Shown piece after piece: positions 1 through 13,200 of a DNA stretch of 64,000 bases. The notes below the pieces were generated by a model. That model ran no database searches. It was not told where the DNA came from and saw only the letters and a program-made list of their open reading frames with translations. The DNA lies in contig CM119372.1 of the NCBI GenBank assembly GCA_051294905.1, forward strand, positions 20,400,001 through 20,464,000, written 5' to 3'. How positions within the stretch are numbered: position 1 is the stretch's first letter; each line of letters starts with the position of its first letter. This DNA is from Botryllus schlosseri (lineage: Eukaryota). A program made the position numbers and the translations under genes.

Positions 1-584
1 TAGTGTCATGAGATCACACCAGTATAAGTGAAGTGAAATATATTCACCAGTTACGCCGTATCAAAAATGCTTTTTGTAGTTCTTGGCCGAACTCATTTCA
101 TAGCGATCTGTGACAATGCTCCGGCACTATTTCCATGAGCATGTGTAGGCCTACTTGCGTAGCCTTATGCTGCAAGTACTGGAATGCCGTGGTACCACCA
201 ATCAATGTTCCCTCTAATTTTTGACGCGGCTGCGCACACTCACCAACTCACTGCGCAGACCCTTGGACAACAGTGCATAAAGACTAAAAAAGGGGGAAGA
301 AACCATTGAAGCAATAAATGACAAAATATGTCTTTAGTGGGAACTGTGAAGCAGTGTCTACCTTCGAGTCGCAAGTCATTTCACAATTTGACTCAAAAAA
401 TCAAGTTGAATTTCCGAAGTATGAGGCATGGTTCAAAGTCAGTGCATTTTGTTAGTTGTTGCAAATAAAGGTGGAGTCACCAATTATTCTGAATTAAGGA
501 ACGAACGTAGTTAAATATACATTCAAAAAGGTGCTGTATCGCTCATGCATACGTACAACTGCTATACTACGAAACTGTATAGAC

Positions 585-2123
585 AAGTGTTTCTCAACCT
601 TTTGTCTCCTCGGACCCCTCAAGTTTTAGTTCAAATTTAGCTCAATCATGGTGCAACCGTGATCTGTCTTTTGTGAATATTTACTGCAGGCTAGTGACAA
701 ACAGAAACAAAATGACTCTTGAAAATAACACCGAGCTATTAATGTGGAAATTGGGTAGACGGTAGCGAATTCTGCTGCTGCATTTCTTGAAATACGTGGT
801 CGTGTCTTGGAAATCCGCGCCTTCGATTTGATATGAACGAGTGCCGAAAATTTATCTCCACAAAGATAGGTGGTGGTGAATGGTATCATAATGGGCAACG
901 CTTACGACGACCCCTTTGGGCAGACCCAATGATAGCCCATATGATATATATCATTGGTGATACGTTTCCAAATTCCCAATTCATAGAACAAGTCAATCAG
1001 TGCTCGTGATGAAACGATTAACGGGCAGGCGTGTCAAAATAAGAAAGGTGAGGGCCGACGGCCGAAATTCCAAGATTCGGAGCACTGAATATTAGCTTAC
1101 TTGAGTCAGGGGCGGATCAGTCCTTTAAGTTTGTGGCTAGCAGGTCGCCGTGGAGTATAATTTAAGTCGGTATTGTGGCAAAACACGTAGATATTCAGCT
1201 AAGGGAGGGCGAATTTCCGAAGCACTGCTAGTTTCCACCGACGACAAAGGCTATTTCACCAAGCTATACACTGCCCGGGAGGCTGCGACCAAGACAAGCT
1301 TTGAAGTAGGCCTGTCCTAAATACATTTCAATGTCTTGATAAAAAACGCGTCTGTTGGTTAAAAAGAGTTTAAAAGGTATCATGCCTACGATTGTTTTGA
1401 ATAATGACGGCGAATAAATATTATTTTAGTTGATTAACCCTCACTTTCTCATTGCCTAATATCAATACATCCACTGAGCACCATGTATCAACATGTGATT
1501 CACTGCTTTCAATTTAGAAATACAATTATTACGACGCAGAACATAGTTAAATATTTTGACTCGGGCCGCCTAGGTATTATCTGCTTTCATTTGGCCCGCG
1601 TGGACAACTAATTACCTACCCCTGCCTTTGGGTACGATCGCAATTTAACATACATGCCGCCAAAATTAAGACACTGATTTTTTATTGAACTATGACGTCC
1701 ATCCTAGCTATTTCTATCCAGCAGCTCATCTCGAAGTTGCTCTGGAATAGTGGTTATGTTATGTATATCACAGTAAAATGGATTTTTGCAAACATTTGAA
1801 TCACGCTGATTGACCTTACTATTCCTACTTGTTACTTGTTCCACAAACCCCAACAAAACATCTCTAAACAGCAATATGTTTGTATCAGTAGGCTATTGAC
1901 AATTTGGCAATTAAAATGAGTTTGTAGGAAGGATAGATATTTCATGTCAGAAGGTCATTCGGTTGATGCGACTCTGAAAATGTAGCAGTAATGAAGCGAA
2001 ACTGCCTCGTAATTTCTCTATTTCGAAAATGAAATAAAAATACGGTAATCAACCATCTTGTAAATTTAGAGGCTTCGCGGACCCAATGAAAATGCTTCGC
2101 GGACCCCCGGTTGAGAACCACTG
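585..2123 (-). mobile_element. Defective hAT (Charlie/Buster-like) DNA transposon
   Basis: Ends aagtgtttctcaacc (585) and ggttgagaaccactg (2123), flanked by 8-bp TSD GTATAGAC (577-584, 2124-2131). Minus-strand remnant IPFTTTYLCGDKFSALVHIKSK resembles the hAT C-terminal motif. A probable nested element lies at 921-1624 (CCTTTGGG on both sides). Confidence 0.85.
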
Positions 2124-3008
2124 GTATAGACGCTGTCTATGTTTGTCAGCTAAAATAGAAGGTAGAATACGAAAACAGAGAAAGTTTAAACGATTTGATA
2201 TGATGCAATACACTACCCATCAATACATCCATGAGATAACATCGCAGCCTGCTCCGATTGTTGGCGAGTAATATAAACGTACCACCTATAATCGTTTCAT
2301 TCAAGTCCTACAACAGGGTTGGTTAAGGCGAGCACTGAGCACTCAAGAAAACGGAGATACATTGCTATTAGATTACGGTAAGGCTAATTTGAGACAACAT
2401 GAGCTGTAGTCTGATCAATTCGTTTGCGGTCAATTGATTTGTCATATAATAGACCTACCAATGGAGGCACGGTAAAACTTAAAATCACGAGTCACACCAG
2501 CGTATTGCGAGCAATCGAAACACGCAAGATTCACTGATTTGGCGATTTCGTCGACTCCAGTTACTGGATGACTTGGCATGGACTTGTAAATTTTCCTCAA
2601 ACGTCGAGTCATACGAAAAAGTTGAATCGTCCCAGCACTGAAAGGGGGCGTACAATTTCAGTAGCCTAATTGAAAGCCTGTTCTTATTTGAGTACTCAAA
2701 CTGTTTCCAGTAGTCTGCGAAGGTAAGAAATCTAGGTGATATATTGGCATGATTGGCAGAATGCGTGCAACAAATGAGTAGTTCACCGATTATTTTGTGT
2801 CACATAATACATCTGCACACGTGTAAATAACGTGACTAAAATAAAGAGCTTAAGTAACTGCATTAAAATGAAATTATACTGCAACTGCATTGATAATTGT
2901 GTTTCACAGTCAATCGATCTCAATGTAAAGCCAGCAAAATCATGATGGCTGGCAGAATCTCTGATCACAAAAACCTTTGGGTTTACTGTCCAGTGTCCAT
3001 GCATTTCA

Positions 3009-6000
3009 TCAGTTTGACTTTTGAAGAGCGATCGTTAATTTGTCCTCCTTTCTGCCCACGAATGTCAACGTCTTTGTCTGATAGTAGTTGGCAGCAATTT
3101 CGATGTTTTGGATGATATCACTAAGCAAATGCGCCCTGGTGACAGTCGTCCCTGGGTTGAAATTGAAATGTGTTACAATAAGAAAAGAGACTTCACTACA
3201 GACACTGGGAAGATTTCAAATGGAGAATCTGACTATTGTTTTGAATATGCAAATTTCAGATCTATTCTCTGTATGAGGAATGGGCACTTTCTTCAGTCGG
3301 TAGGGTAGGATAACGGAGTGAAGTTTTCCAACAATGAAGTGATGCCGCACATCCGCTGTGACGCAGCAAAAACAGATGTCACAGAATGTGCGAACCCTTG
3401 CCGTGAGGGTTCAGACATCAACTAGACATATAGTTACGTTGAATATCATCCTCACCTGGCGCATCAAAGTCATTGTGTGTGAAATGAACATGGAGATGAT
3501 AATACGACGGCTGATAGTGAACATATATCCGCAACTTCTCCTTTGGAATGTTGTATTTGTCAAATATTGCTTTCTGAAACAAGATAAAAACAAGGTATCA
3601 CCATCACAGTATTTGTGCAACTGCAAATCCATTGCAGCTCCACAATGGACAAAGCCATACTAGCAATAATAATCATAGGTGATCACTAGGGCTATTTTTT
3701 TTTACCTACAAAGGAAGATTTTGACCTAATAAATCAAAATTTTGACATTTTTTGACCTTAAAAAACCTAATTTTGATCTAACGTATGCAAATTAGGTGTT
3801 TTCCCACATAATGCTATAATTGTACTACTTGTCTTCATATCTGGTTGGAAATGTCTGTCTTTGCGAAGTAGTTTGGACTGAAAAAACTTTTTGACTCAAA
3901 AACTTACAAATTTTTACATGAAAATACTTCATCTCAACGAAATCTGGCCCTATAAAGAATTCCAGTAGTTACGTCACGTATTATGGTAGAAATAATTAAA
4001 ATTTGTTGTACAACGAATGATACTTTTCTACATTCTCGGGTAGAAAGTGTCTGTCCTAAGTAAGTAGCTTGCCAAGAATGAAGAAAGAATGTTCAACAGC
4101 AGCACTTGTTCGCAGACAACGCTGAAGTTGTGCGTACACTGCTGGTGACACACCGTGTTGCTTCATTCTGACAGTGGTGTCTACATCACAATTTGCTAAT
4201 ACCGTTTATCTCTTACCTGTCCTTTGCTTAGAATTCCTCTCAAAAGCGGAAGGTGTTCTGCAGTGAGGTCCCTTAACGACTTTATGCCTCTTTTGTGAAT
4301 AAGAGCTGAAACAGAGGATACAATGCCCTTCATGGTACATATGCCAACAAGCTAGATTTCTACTGGATGCAGATTACTGGAGGATTGGTTGACCGTATAA
4401 AATGGCGTGATACCTTGTAGCTGTAGCCATAGTATACTAATGTATGATGAAGAGCTTCTTGGAGGTACAGAACTTCAATATACAATTAAATAGTATATTC
4501 ATATTGAAATGAACCCGAATATTTTCGGCTGACACTCGTCAGGGGTAATCGTCAGCAACTAGTAGAGAATTGGAAAGAACATTGTATATCAACAATCGTA
4601 TCACAAAATATGACGTCACCAGCATGAAATTTCGAATGAGAGAGCGTTCAATGTACTATTTTTAGGTGTACATTGAACGCTCTCTCATTCGAAATTTCAT
4701 GCTGGTGACGTCATATTTTGTGATACGATTGTTGATATACAATGTTCTTTCCAATTCTCTACTAGTTGCTGACGATTTCCCCTGACGAGTGTCAGCCGAA
4801 AATATTCGGGTTCATTTCAATATGAATATACTATTTAAATGTATGATGAGGTTATCGCCAGATATGGTGTGGTACTTCTACTTTTTCCGAGTACTTTAGC
4901 AGGTATTGTCCAATCGGTTTAGATTCAAGTGTAGGACCGCTTCTGCTTCAATAGTTTCCTGATAGAATCGCATCTTTTTACATGTGAAAGAACCACTGGT
5001 TGAAATATCAGAGTCACAGTACATAATTGCAAAACCACAGCTATAGTCATTCTGTGGTAATTGAGGTGATGGGTCGTGTAATGTCAAGTTTTGTCACAAG
5101 TGTCTGACTGATGGAATTATCCCAATAAAAGTATGATATACAAAGTACTTTTGTAAGAATCTTACTTCTATTTGAATAGCATCAATCACGACTCTGATCA
5201 TATCTGAATTCAGATACATTTTCACCAACCCTGACATCAGCATACTGCTTCTCTTCAAGGGGTCAGTTCTAACGGGGTGATGCAAAATATGATCGAAGTA
5301 CTATATTTGAATAGCGTATTCTCTCTTGTCGACAATTATACAGTAATGCTCTACCAATTAAGTAAAGAGAATTGAGGTCGCTGACGTCCCACTTCATATC
5401 AGGTAACAAAATAAATCCTGTTTCCAAGTCGTCATCTTCAAATACAATCCTCTCCGATTCGGTTTGCTTGTCTAATATGTTGAAAACCCACTGAAACACA
5501 AGGCATCATGAATACAACTCTGACGTCGTAGAATCGAGGCTTGAAACTTCTCACAATCCATACCCGCTTTCTGACACATAGCAAATGGCTGGTGACACCC
5601 CATAAAACGGAACTAAGGCAGTTTATTTTAGTTGGTGACACCATAGTGGACATGCGGAGGAACATAACGTTATCATGTCAGCACCTACATTTTATATACT
5701 CTTCACGCAAATCCCGAGAAGCCATGCCAGTTAACGAAGATATAACTGTTTCACAAGTAAGTTTTTGGATTTGAAGTCACCTACCAATTGAGAAGACGGG
5801 TACTCTACCGCTACTCCAACTCCATCAGTTAAAATGCAAAACAGCAGGAATATTATAAGAACCTCTGAGCAACACTTATTACAATACCTGCACACTGAAC
5901 TTATTCTCCTCCTCCAGATATGGGAGAGTGATGTTTTTATAATCGTCATACGTTTCTTCCACAACGACCACCTCTTGCTTTCTGTACTTGTCGATGTGCT

Positions 6001-7579
6001 TTTGCGTTGCCGGATAGATCATTGTTGTCTAAGGATGGCACTCACAATTAATTGTGATATTGCTATATTAACGACTGACAGCAAAGAAATAAACCCTCCA
6101 GTCTTGCTGGAGATTAACTGGTCAAAATGAACATAAAACATGACTATAGAGGCGAGGAATAGGAATACAAAGAGATGTGAGTATATATAAATTGAAGTAC
6201 TGGAATCCGAGCCGAGTAATGGATGACACGGTTTAAGTCTAGTATTGATTTTACATCTTTCTTTTTAGTACCTGTAACACCACCTAAATTTGCAACTGAA
6301 ATTTACTTGCCAAACAAGGATACTTAACACCAGAGGATGGCCATTAGCAGTGCTATGACATATTGCAAAGGTTCAGGATCACACGGAGTAACTTTGAGCT
6401 TCAAGGAATGGTTATCACCAAAGACTCAAGGTCATAGATATTCGTGGAAAAGTAACGGGATATCGCCTACATGAAACATAATATTCATTATTATCATTCA
6501 TCATTGATTAATCATGTGTTTGGATTAGCTCCCTTATAATCATTTATTAAATGTTTCAAAATCGGATTGCAAGGTGTTTTACAAGTATGTGACATAATGA
6601 TACTCCAATACACAATTTGACGACTAATACTCAGAATCGATACAGTCAAGTTTAATCGATTTTGCCCCGCCCTAAATATTAGGGTGGATAGATCACAGAT
6701 GTAGGCTATAGTAAATGTATTAGAAGTGGATTATTTTGATTAGCTAGTACAATATTGTATATAAGAAAGGAAATTACTGTTATAATTAGCTGTAAACAAA
6801 CAATGACACTGATCATAATTCCACATCATTGGTTATTATCAAATTCGGATATTTAAATGAAGGCAACAGGATAACCTTTAACATCCCATGCCTTGGTTTT
6901 GGTGTAGCAGAATAGGTGCTATAGATGTCATTTGATATAACTTGCTGAAGCTCCGTTTCACTCGAAAGTAACGACGCCAAGCCCTCTTCAGATGTGTCGA
7001 ATGGTTTCTTTTCCAGGATAACGACTGCCAAAATTAGAAGAAAAACATTAAGGATTTATAGCCTACCATATTTGAAAGACCGGCTTATTCTATAGGCAGT
7101 GTACAATTGTACCAGAGGACAATGACACTTTTATGGAACAGGGCTGTTATAGAGAATGTTACAGAGAAGTAGCCTAATATGCCTATATTTTGCAATCCTG
7201 AACCTGAAGTGAACGTTCAGGATGGCACATGCCACATCATTTTGTTGATTGCCTTTATATCCCCTGCCCGGCCTGCCTTGCTTTTCATACAGTGTACATT
7301 GCCTCAGCGGGTGTCTGATCTCAAAGACTACTCCCAAGTCGTTTCGACGCCTTCCTATCTTTTCATTGTACCACAGTTTTGTGGTGTTTTGAATTATGAA
7401 AATATTTATTAACTGATACAACTGATACCTGCATCTTTATTTCCAGGTTCAACCACAGCATGTAAGAAAACAGATTTCTTGTCCTTCAACTCATTCAGGA
7501 CGCGGGCTTCTTTAAATCCGTGAAATGGATGGATATCTATTTTCGCGACTTTGCAGGATGGTTCCGTGCTTGATTCCAT
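3009..7579 (-). CDS. DCPS: m7GpppX diphosphatase (scavenger decapping enzyme, HIT family)
   Basis: Coding exons 7579-7429, 7024-6876, 6028-5888, 5490-5355, 4305-4217, 3573-3456, 3151-3009 (927 nt, 308 aa; all GT-AG, phases consistent). Motifs [50 protein letters not shown] and [12 protein letters not shown] (HIT triad). Confidence 0.95.
4513..4556 (-). ncRNA. Minimal type I hammerhead ribozyme (opposite arm of the foldback)
   Basis: Reverse complement of the same motif, with stem I ACCC/GGGU. It lies on the DcpS sense strand. Confidence 0.72.
4768..4810 (+). ncRNA. Minimal type I hammerhead ribozyme
   Basis: CCC-CUGACGA-G(ugucagc)C-GAAA-AUAU-UC-GGG: intact catalytic core, stem I CCC/GGG, 1-bp stem II and palindromic loop III. 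Upstream GCUGAC (4768-4773) is complementary to loop II GUCAGC (4791-4796). Confidence 0.75.
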
Positions 7580-9073
7580 TTTACCAGTATAAATCTTTCG
7601 CGGAGTGTTTGAGCACTATACGGCTTGACGGCGGCTGCCTGCTGTACTATACATTTCTGTTGTGGGGAATACCCTATAACAAATGTACATGTGACATAAC
7701 TCATGCGTATCACTTGGTGCCGACAGGAATATCTCGCGCACCCGGAAAAGCTTTACTTAATCGACTTAATATCTCATTTGGTGACCAAGTTTCGTAACTT
7801 TCATCAAGCTATGAAATCTAATCTGGTTTAAAAATGAAATTAAACGACCAATCGATCTATCGCGGTGGAAGAGTATGAGATACCCCTTCGATTAATTAAC
7901 AAATTGACAATTTTATTGAGATTTAAAGTATGAAATAGAAATGTTCAAAATTTTACATTGCGCTCTACTCTGTTGATAACCAATCTGTATCAAAAAATTA
8001 CATTTACCATGATATTTATCCAACGTCTGCCTATCCCACTTGAAGTTTGGAAAATAGGCATTCTCATGCGTAAATAAAGATCCAGCGCTGAGGCCGACGC
8101 GGCGTTTTCACTGAGATTTAATGAGTGAAATAAATACGGCCAACGTAATCTTCTAACGATTCTTATTTCTCAACAGGTAAGGTATTGCCTACATATTTTG
8201 TACTTTAATTTTATTTCATCGTTCCTATGTTTTATTGCATGTGTTACCTTACATATACTTGTCCAGTGTCGAGCAATTTGACACGATTGCAAAGTTACCA
8301 AAATGGCAAATGACTTTTTTCGTTTGCAATTAATTTTGTTTCTTGTAAAAATATTTGCCCTAGTTATTATTTGGGGATTAACAAGGAGGCAAGGACTGTG
8401 CTCTTCCCTTCAGTCTTCAGCAATCAGCATTATACAAGCTTACAGCAGAGCATATTACCTCATCATGAACATTATTACTCCTATATAGGATATATCAAGT
8501 TAACCGTAATCTAGCAAAGTTTGGCGAGAATGTTTATCGCCTTGATCGTTTATACATGGGAAATTATTTGACTTTAACGGCAATGCATACTCTCATAAAG
8601 CCCTCTGTGATGAAACCAGACTTTAAGTTAACGATGTCAAAACATGTGAGCCTACTCAATCTATGTCATGTCACTAAATCTCAGCATATATTTTGACAAT
8701 GTCAGGATAAGCATACCATAACTTGAAACCTAACCTTACCCACTCCCTTACGCATAGGCTGACATCACCAAGCAAGGCAAAATCATATGCCGATATCAGA
8801 AATAACACCACAATATACACAATGTGACAATGACATTAAAATCGGTGAAATTGCCACCAAAGTGTACTCGTACTCGTACTTGTTGACATCGCCAGAACAA
8901 ATCCACCACTATTTCTCATATAGAACGACTTGATTCATATTTCATAGTATAGTTTAATTAAGTTCAACCTCACCTAAATCATATTCTGTGCACCTTTGTA
9001 GCATGAAATACATTTATAAAAACCATTATTTTTTCTGTTAGTTCAGTAATTGACACGGTAGTGCAGGTAACGC

Positions 9074-9439
9074 ATGCCTATGGAAGAACCAGCAGAAATT
9101 TCCGGCATCACAGACCTGGACTCCCCCCAAATAGTGGAAGAAGACGAGACTCAAGCAAATGACGAAGACTCTGGTGAAAAGTCTGAAAAACTCAGCAAAT
9201 TGCCGTTGGCCAGAATCCGAACGATCATCAAAGCTGACCCGGACGTAGCCGTCGCCAGCCAAGAGTCGGTGTTTCTTATTTCCAAAGCGACAGAGTTGTT
9301 CATCGACCGTTTAACGAAAGATATTTATCGAGTCACACAAGCGAATAAGCGAAAGACCATCCAAAGGAAAGATTTCGATATTGTGACTGACACGTGCGAA
9401 GAGCTTGCTTTCTTGGAAGGTGCTATTGACCTGAAATGA
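9074..9439 (+). CDS. POLE4: DNA polymerase epsilon subunit 4 (histone-fold protein)
   Basis: 121 aa, intronless CDS. KLPLARIRTIIKADPDV...ISKATELFI...KRKTIQRKD...LAFLEG matches the POLE4 histone fold. Confidence 0.9.
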   Translation: MPMEEPAEISGITDLDSPQIVEEDETQANDEDSGEKSEKLSKLPLARIRTIIKADPDVAVASQESVFLISKATELFIDRLTKDIYRVTQANKRKTIQRKDFDIVTDTCEELAFLEGAIDLK

Positions 9440-10283
9440 GTGTGACACATGACTATACGAAATGTCACAAGTTATACTCTCTGCGGCAATATGGGAGTGC
9501 CCCATGGATTTATGCAGGCATATCATTCATTTAGGCTTAGTGACTAACGCTGGGCACAAGATTTTTCGATTTTTTTCAGGATACCAAATTATGTGCTTTC
9601 ACACTAAGACATCAAAAACACGTTACCTGATTGTTTACAAAGTGAAAATATTTTGGAAGATGTGTAACCGGCATTATTTCCTTGTCGCCGCAAAAACTAC
9701 ATATTTTAACTTCCCGACTCATTGTTACTGTAACGACATCATAGCAGGCGGTACTTGAATATTCTACTCGGAATTGATTGATTCACCCAGATTATTCCCA
9801 ACCCAACTTGTGAGCTGTCAATTGTCATGATGTCGATATGTTTGGATCAAGTGTTCACAGGACTATATACACTGTTCAGGATGACAATGGTAATACCGTA
9901 CAAGTTATAAACTGAGATAACTGGGCATACCCAAAGAGTCCAAAGACCCACTGCAATAGTGACGCTGGGCTTCAATTCCAAAAAGATTTTTCTGAAAATA
10001 CTTTTCAGATCTGAACATTATAAAATGCTAAAATCTGTGCTAGATTGTAGTCGGAGTTTACTGACTGTGACTGGCCTGATGTTGTGGTTCAAGTCATGTG
10101 GTACCCCGGCCCGGAACATGATTCATGTCACAGTTGTCTTGAGAGATGTATAGAGTTTGTTCTGCATGATATCATTGGATGTACAGACAACGATTATTCT
10201 GTTTTACCACATTTTCTCATCTTTTTTTTAGGATCTCTATTCTATTGTTAGTGTATCAAACATACATTGTTACTCATGAGATC

Positions 10284-13200
10284 ATGGAGCTTTCTTTCTT
10301 ATCCTCTCTCAAAGAAAATTTAGGAGATCTTACAACGTCACCGCTTCCATTCCTACAAGGAGACACATCTACGTTTGAGGCGTTCAAGACTCAGTGCAAA
10401 AATATTTACGATTTTTCCAAGTCCCTGCACGTGTCTACGCGGCCCGATCCTATTCCAAAATTGTTGATCGACGGTTTTGATCAGGAACAAATATGGGGTC
10501 AACTCGAACTGCTCAACAAAAAGGAAGCAACGATATGCTCGAAGGCTGCGGAAATATTGACTGCAAATGAGGACGATATCACTTTTCATGATAAGCCCGA
10601 AAGTGAAATGTCTGATGAAGATGCTTCGTTAGATTCAGCACAAAACGATGATGATGCAGTTTCTGGCGACGGAGATCAAGGTAATGTCAGATCGTAATCA
10701 TGTTGTGGTACGGTAGATATAACCTGAAATTCTCCCCTTTGAGTACCTCACTTGACTTGTTTCAGCCGATATTCAAGAGATATAGCATCTAGCTTGAGGC
10801 GTCTTTCTAAAGCTTTGGAGCATTCATTTGAACAGCTTTACAGTCATTTCTATGATTGGTATAATATCAGCGTTTCTCAAACTTGATTGACACAATGCCC
10901 CCTTGGCCATAATTGAGGCACCAAGTGCTCCCCCCTACCCCTATCAACAGAAAGTTGTTTCGCTTTTTGCTCACTCAAATAAAGCTGACGCTTGTGGCCT
11001 TTTTAGGTCAATATAATTCATTGGCAGTATGCTACGTCATTACATGTTATTTCAACATCATAACTCTGTAGAGATCTGACGACGGACACTATCAAGGAAT
11101 AAAATTGTGCAAGCCAAATTCTCTTACATGTCACCGTACTTCATTGGGGTGCGTTAAGTTCTTGAAAATTCATCAAACTCTTTGTAAAGTTGTTTATATA
11201 TGTGGGTACAATAAGCCTCGCTAGCCAAGATTTTCGTTTGTTACGATCGATTGGTAAGAAAACTCAATTTTGCATCCTAGTGAACATCTATGAAGAGTGT
11301 TGGTGACAATTTCAGATTGAATGCGGCTTGCACAGCAGCCAACGTTGACCCCATATTCATATATCTCTTAACGCACGGATACAGATATTAATTAATGTTA
11401 TTATTAATGATGTTATCGGCGAACTTATAATAATCGATCCCACTGTAGTAGTGATAAATCATTCCACCTCTAAATCAGTAGGCCGCAGGTTCCAGTCCCA
11501 TTTGGGTCAGACCAGAGACTTGGTGTACCCTGCCGACTTGATAACTTAACAATTCCTTTGCATCCGTGTCGTCAATGACTGATAGTTTTACTTCCTTGTG
11601 GCACATTGAACATTTTTATGTTCATTTGTTCCAGAAAGCGATTCTGCGGAAGGTTTTCATTTCGAGGAAAGTGACGAGGACGAAGTCGACCGTGACGAAG
11701 GCGAGTTTGCCGACAGAAAGAAAATCCAAACTTTCGAAAGAACCGAGGTGGACGACGACTTTTTCAGCCTACGCAGAATGGAGAAATTCCTGGAGGAGGA
11801 AGACAGAAAATTTGAAACGGGACAAAAGGAACCGAACGAAGACGACGTCGATTACTTTGAGGACGTTTTGTCGTCGGCAGACGAAGAAGATTCCGATCAG
11901 GAGGAAGATGATGCTCGCGAGAAGTCCACGAGGCATTTGAAGTATTCGGAGTATTTTGACGATCCCGATAGTCTGAAGACTATGGACTCGAGTCAAGTCG
12001 CATCAAAATCCATGGAAGTAACCGATAAGGCGAACGCCGGTAAAGACGAGTCACGATTTGAGAAACATCAAAAATTGCTTGCGAGAAAAATCGCGGTGTT
12101 GGAAGATAAATCGTTAACGCAAGCCGAATGGCAAATGAGAGGTGAGAGTTTTACAGGCTTTTATCGTTCCGCTTTTTGCCTGAGTTTTGAAGTGTGGAAA
12201 TTTGGAATGTTCAAATGATTACTAGTAACTACGCCTGCATTCGAGCTACTTGCCACTTTTGCTTTTCACATCCACCGGATCTATGTCTGTCTGGTTGCAT
12301 CCGCCTTGTGCTAGTAAACTTCAGGGGTGGACAGTAACAAAGTAATTATACTTTTTGCAATTGTGGAAGTGGCCTACTTCTATTACTTACTTACTTCTTT
12401 TAGACTACCGGTACTTTTCATTTCCACTATAGTCGTTTTGAATTGGTCGCAAAGACGATCCATCTCTCGATTTTGAAAACTGGCGGCTCGGCAATGGATG
12501 AGCAAATATCTTCAAAGCCTCGTCCTGAGCTACTTCTACTTGTACTCGAGTACCAGTAATGACTACTTCGACCACATCAGAATCATAACATGCCATCAAC
12601 GCTTCTCGGCTCATCATCTGAATATGTACAGGGGAGGTAAAAGCTCACGCTAGACCGGAAAACAGTCTTTTGCAAGAGACGCTTCAATTTGAGAACGTAG
12701 CGCGGCCTCCGGTTGAAATCACTGAACAGCACACGAAAAGTATCGAAGACATCGTTAAGCAACGGATACTTGATGAAGCTTGGGACGATGTCAAAAGGAT
12801 ATACAAGCCAGAAGGTGATACTATCTAGTTTCTTCTGCCTTCTTGCATGATACGGTACTTCAACTGTTGGTTACTTACATTTTTTGCACTTTATTTTCTT
12901 TTGGCACTTTTTATTCTTCAACTTAACAAGCAACGTATCAGCAGGTATGGGTAACATGATGCTATTCTTACCGTGTATAGGCCTTTATTTTAAGATACAG
13001 AGACACTTTGAAATGATACAAGAAACTTCGAGTTGTTAAATCGGCAATTCTCAACCGTTCCCACCATGCAGCACCCTAGCGTTTTTAGTACTCAGAGTGC
13101 AAGATTCGGGAAGCTGATTACTTAAAAAGGCCACCACTATTCACAATATTAGTCACATCACCCACGATGTTATGGACATTCTCAAACCATCCTTTCTAAA

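Larger units (their letters stand above)
4480..4844. mobile_element. Foldback (inverted-arm) copy of a hammerhead-bearing repeat, Penelope pLTR/retrozyme-like
   Basis: Arms of about 177 bp (4480-4656 and about 4668-4844) are near-perfect reverse complements around a loop of about 10 nt. Single-arm relatives lie at about 14240-14330, 16020-16180 and 46105-46290. Confidence 0.8.

Noticed and set aside
6300..6470. Minus-strand [10 protein letters not shown] resembling a DcpS segment
   Set aside because: Flanked by stops, and the true exon (5888-6028) already supplies this region; likely chance.
10179..10283. N-terminal extension of the MPP10 first-exon ORF
   Set aside because: It reads through a polypyrimidine tract and acceptor (10231); the ATG at 10284 is the more plausible start.
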